NCBI RefSeq assembly: GCF_001194135.2
Contig: NC_069005.1
Location: 17,763,028-17,796,798, forward strand
Reading direction: 5' to 3'
DNA length: 33,771 nucleotides
From: Octopus bimaculoides
Lineage: Eukaryota
Part shown: positions 32,038-33,771 of the stretch, piece after piece
Numbering within the stretch: position 1 is the first letter of the stretch
Layout of the letters: each line of letters begins with the position of its first letter
Translations under genes and position numbers: made by a program
Notes under the pieces: model-generated
Told to the model about the DNA's origin: nothing
Seen by the model: only the letters and a program-made list of their open reading frames with translations
Database searches by the model: none

Positions 32038-32718
32038 GGTCTGGCCACTGACCACACAAGGCACTGCCAGTTCCAGCGACAACACAACAGCAGCCACATG
32101 GAGATTCATCAACTTCGTCCAACAGCATTCAGTGACCTCCATCTCCGTCACCACCTCCTAATGTCAACATCTCTCTACGTACACAACTCAACAAGCAACT
32201 CACCCGAGTTACAACACTGCACTGTTCATGAACTACTTTACCATGGATCAACAGTGAATATACAACCTCCGAGAACTCCTGCACCAAGTGACCCAGGCAG
32301 CAGCTTCACAACCACAACTTCACGTTCGACATATACTGCAACCAGCTCTGCATCATCGCCGCAACTTTTTGATACAGTATTGCAACTATTGTGTACAATT
32401 GATTACGAACTGGTATTTATCATTCTTGTGTCTATGAACTTACTCCTCACTTTGATGGCTATAGACTCTTTCACTGTCTCTTCTTCATCACCATCCTTGT
32501 ATGTTCTTAACATGCATAAATCTATGCCTACATACACACGCATACATCTTATTCTTATGATGGACTGTCTATTATTCCGGATATATGTCACACACACAAT
32601 CACACATGTTAGCATATCAATAAATCTTCTCTTAAACATTCTACCTGGTTGTGTCTCTTATTTCCCTCTGGCACATATATGCATTGTTCTATTTATATTT
32701 ATTGTAGTGACCGTGTGA
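32038..32718 (+). other. Unidentified 227-codon open frame (206 aa from ATG 32098), antisense to the host gene; possibly a TE-derived ORF
   Basis: Long stop-free frame in AT-rich DNA; extends to 31945 past a single TAA; Ser/Thr/Pro-rich middle, hydrophobic C-terminus. No family recognised. Confidence 0.35.
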
Positions 32719-33058
32719 TGTACTAAGGAGCCATTCTCATCACCTCGCTTCACACGGACGTCACAAATCGGCGACCCATTCCAGTTCCTTGAAACTACAC
32801 AACAATTATAATGGGAGAAGAAGATACTCCACAGGTATCTAAACCTTCAATTCCATTATATATTCAATGGTTTTTATAGTGTCTATTGCTATTAATAGCC
32901 GATGACAATTCATTGTAGCTCTTAGCTCCAGCATTTGAAACTCTGAGTACTATTATGACAACTTACTGATTATCATAAACTATACACATATAAATATCTC
33001 CTATTTACCTAATATCAAGGTCTCATTCTTTTCTTGTCACTTATATCATTATTATTCC

Positions 33059-33089
<31 letters not shown>

Positions 33090-33120
33090 TGCATATATAT
33101 ATTTACATATACATATATAC

Positions 33121-33405
33121 ATGGGATTGCACCTAGAAAGTTACCCTCCCAGACACAAGTCCGGGCAAGATTGTTTATGGAAGACCAGCAGTTGCCCATG
33201 CATACCGGCCTCCCATGTCCCACCAGTGTTATCCAAGAGAAAGGCAAAGGCCGATACAGCTTAGCACCTGTGACGTCGCAACTCATTTGTACAGCTGAAT
33301 GAACTGGAGCAATGTGAAATAAAGTGTCTTGCTCAAGAACACAACACACAGCCCGGTCCGAGATTCGAACTGACAACCTCACGATCGTAGGCTTAACGCT
33401 CTAAT
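33121..33405 (-). mobile_element. tRNA-derived SINE of a third family
   Basis: Minus strand head with GTTCGAATCTCGG B box, then tcttgagcaagacactttatttcacattgctccag conserved-domain-like segment, and a 3' end ggtaactttctaggtgcaatcccat. Confidence 0.75.
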
Positions 33406-33771
33406 CTAATCAATAATAGATTAGACCTTAGGGTATCATGTGTGCATTGCTCTACTCGCACTTTTAAATTTTTTAAAAAATAGGGCTTTTATTTAAGTAA
33501 CTAAAGTTATCAAAATATAGTACTTTACTTCTATTATGGTCATCTAGGACTATCAATTAGCACATATTTATATTGGTAATTGACCCTTTATAACATATAT
33601 TCCTGATCTCTCACCTTAACATCTAATCTACTTAAATCAATCATCAGATTCCTGTATTGATTATCCTTGTTATTTCCTAACATCCTTTCTTTTTTCAGTC
33701 TCTTAAACCTTAGTAAGCATATTAATATAAACTAATATAAATCCGATAATAATTTTTATTTTTTATTCACA

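Overview
AT-rich, repeat-dense animal genomic DNA. The SINE, LINE and microsatellite repertoire points to a cephalopod, most likely Octopus (inference). The only host gene I can support lies on the minus strand. Four spliced exons (24485-24591, 16312-16421, 873-997, 570-632) join in phase to encode an N-terminal RUN domain that I recognise as PLEKHM2/SKIP-like. A fifth 54-nt exon (398-451) is possible, and the first coding exon was not found. Everything else is intronic and packed with decayed mobile elements: four RTE LINE pieces (three carrying a PHD-type C4HC3 finger inside the RT region), a near full-length R4/Dong LINE, two Penelope-like elements (PLEs) with GIY-YIG endonuclease, a CR1/L2-like RT remnant, mariner/Tc1/MITE remnants and several tRNA-derived SINEs. 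The most striking unexplained structure is a set of five hammerhead-ribozyme (HHR)-like motifs. Two belong to a tRNA-headed element inserted as an inverted dimer with a 12-bp target-site duplication and later split by Dong at its (TAA)n linker. Two have ~95-nt stem II extensions, and one of these sits in a 378-bp non-coding element whose inverted terminus ends at the predicted cleavage site. Four N gaps (3848-3857, 12558-13092, 14001-14951, 25000-25867) limit what can be seen. All identities and pairings were counted by hand; no database search or folding was run.
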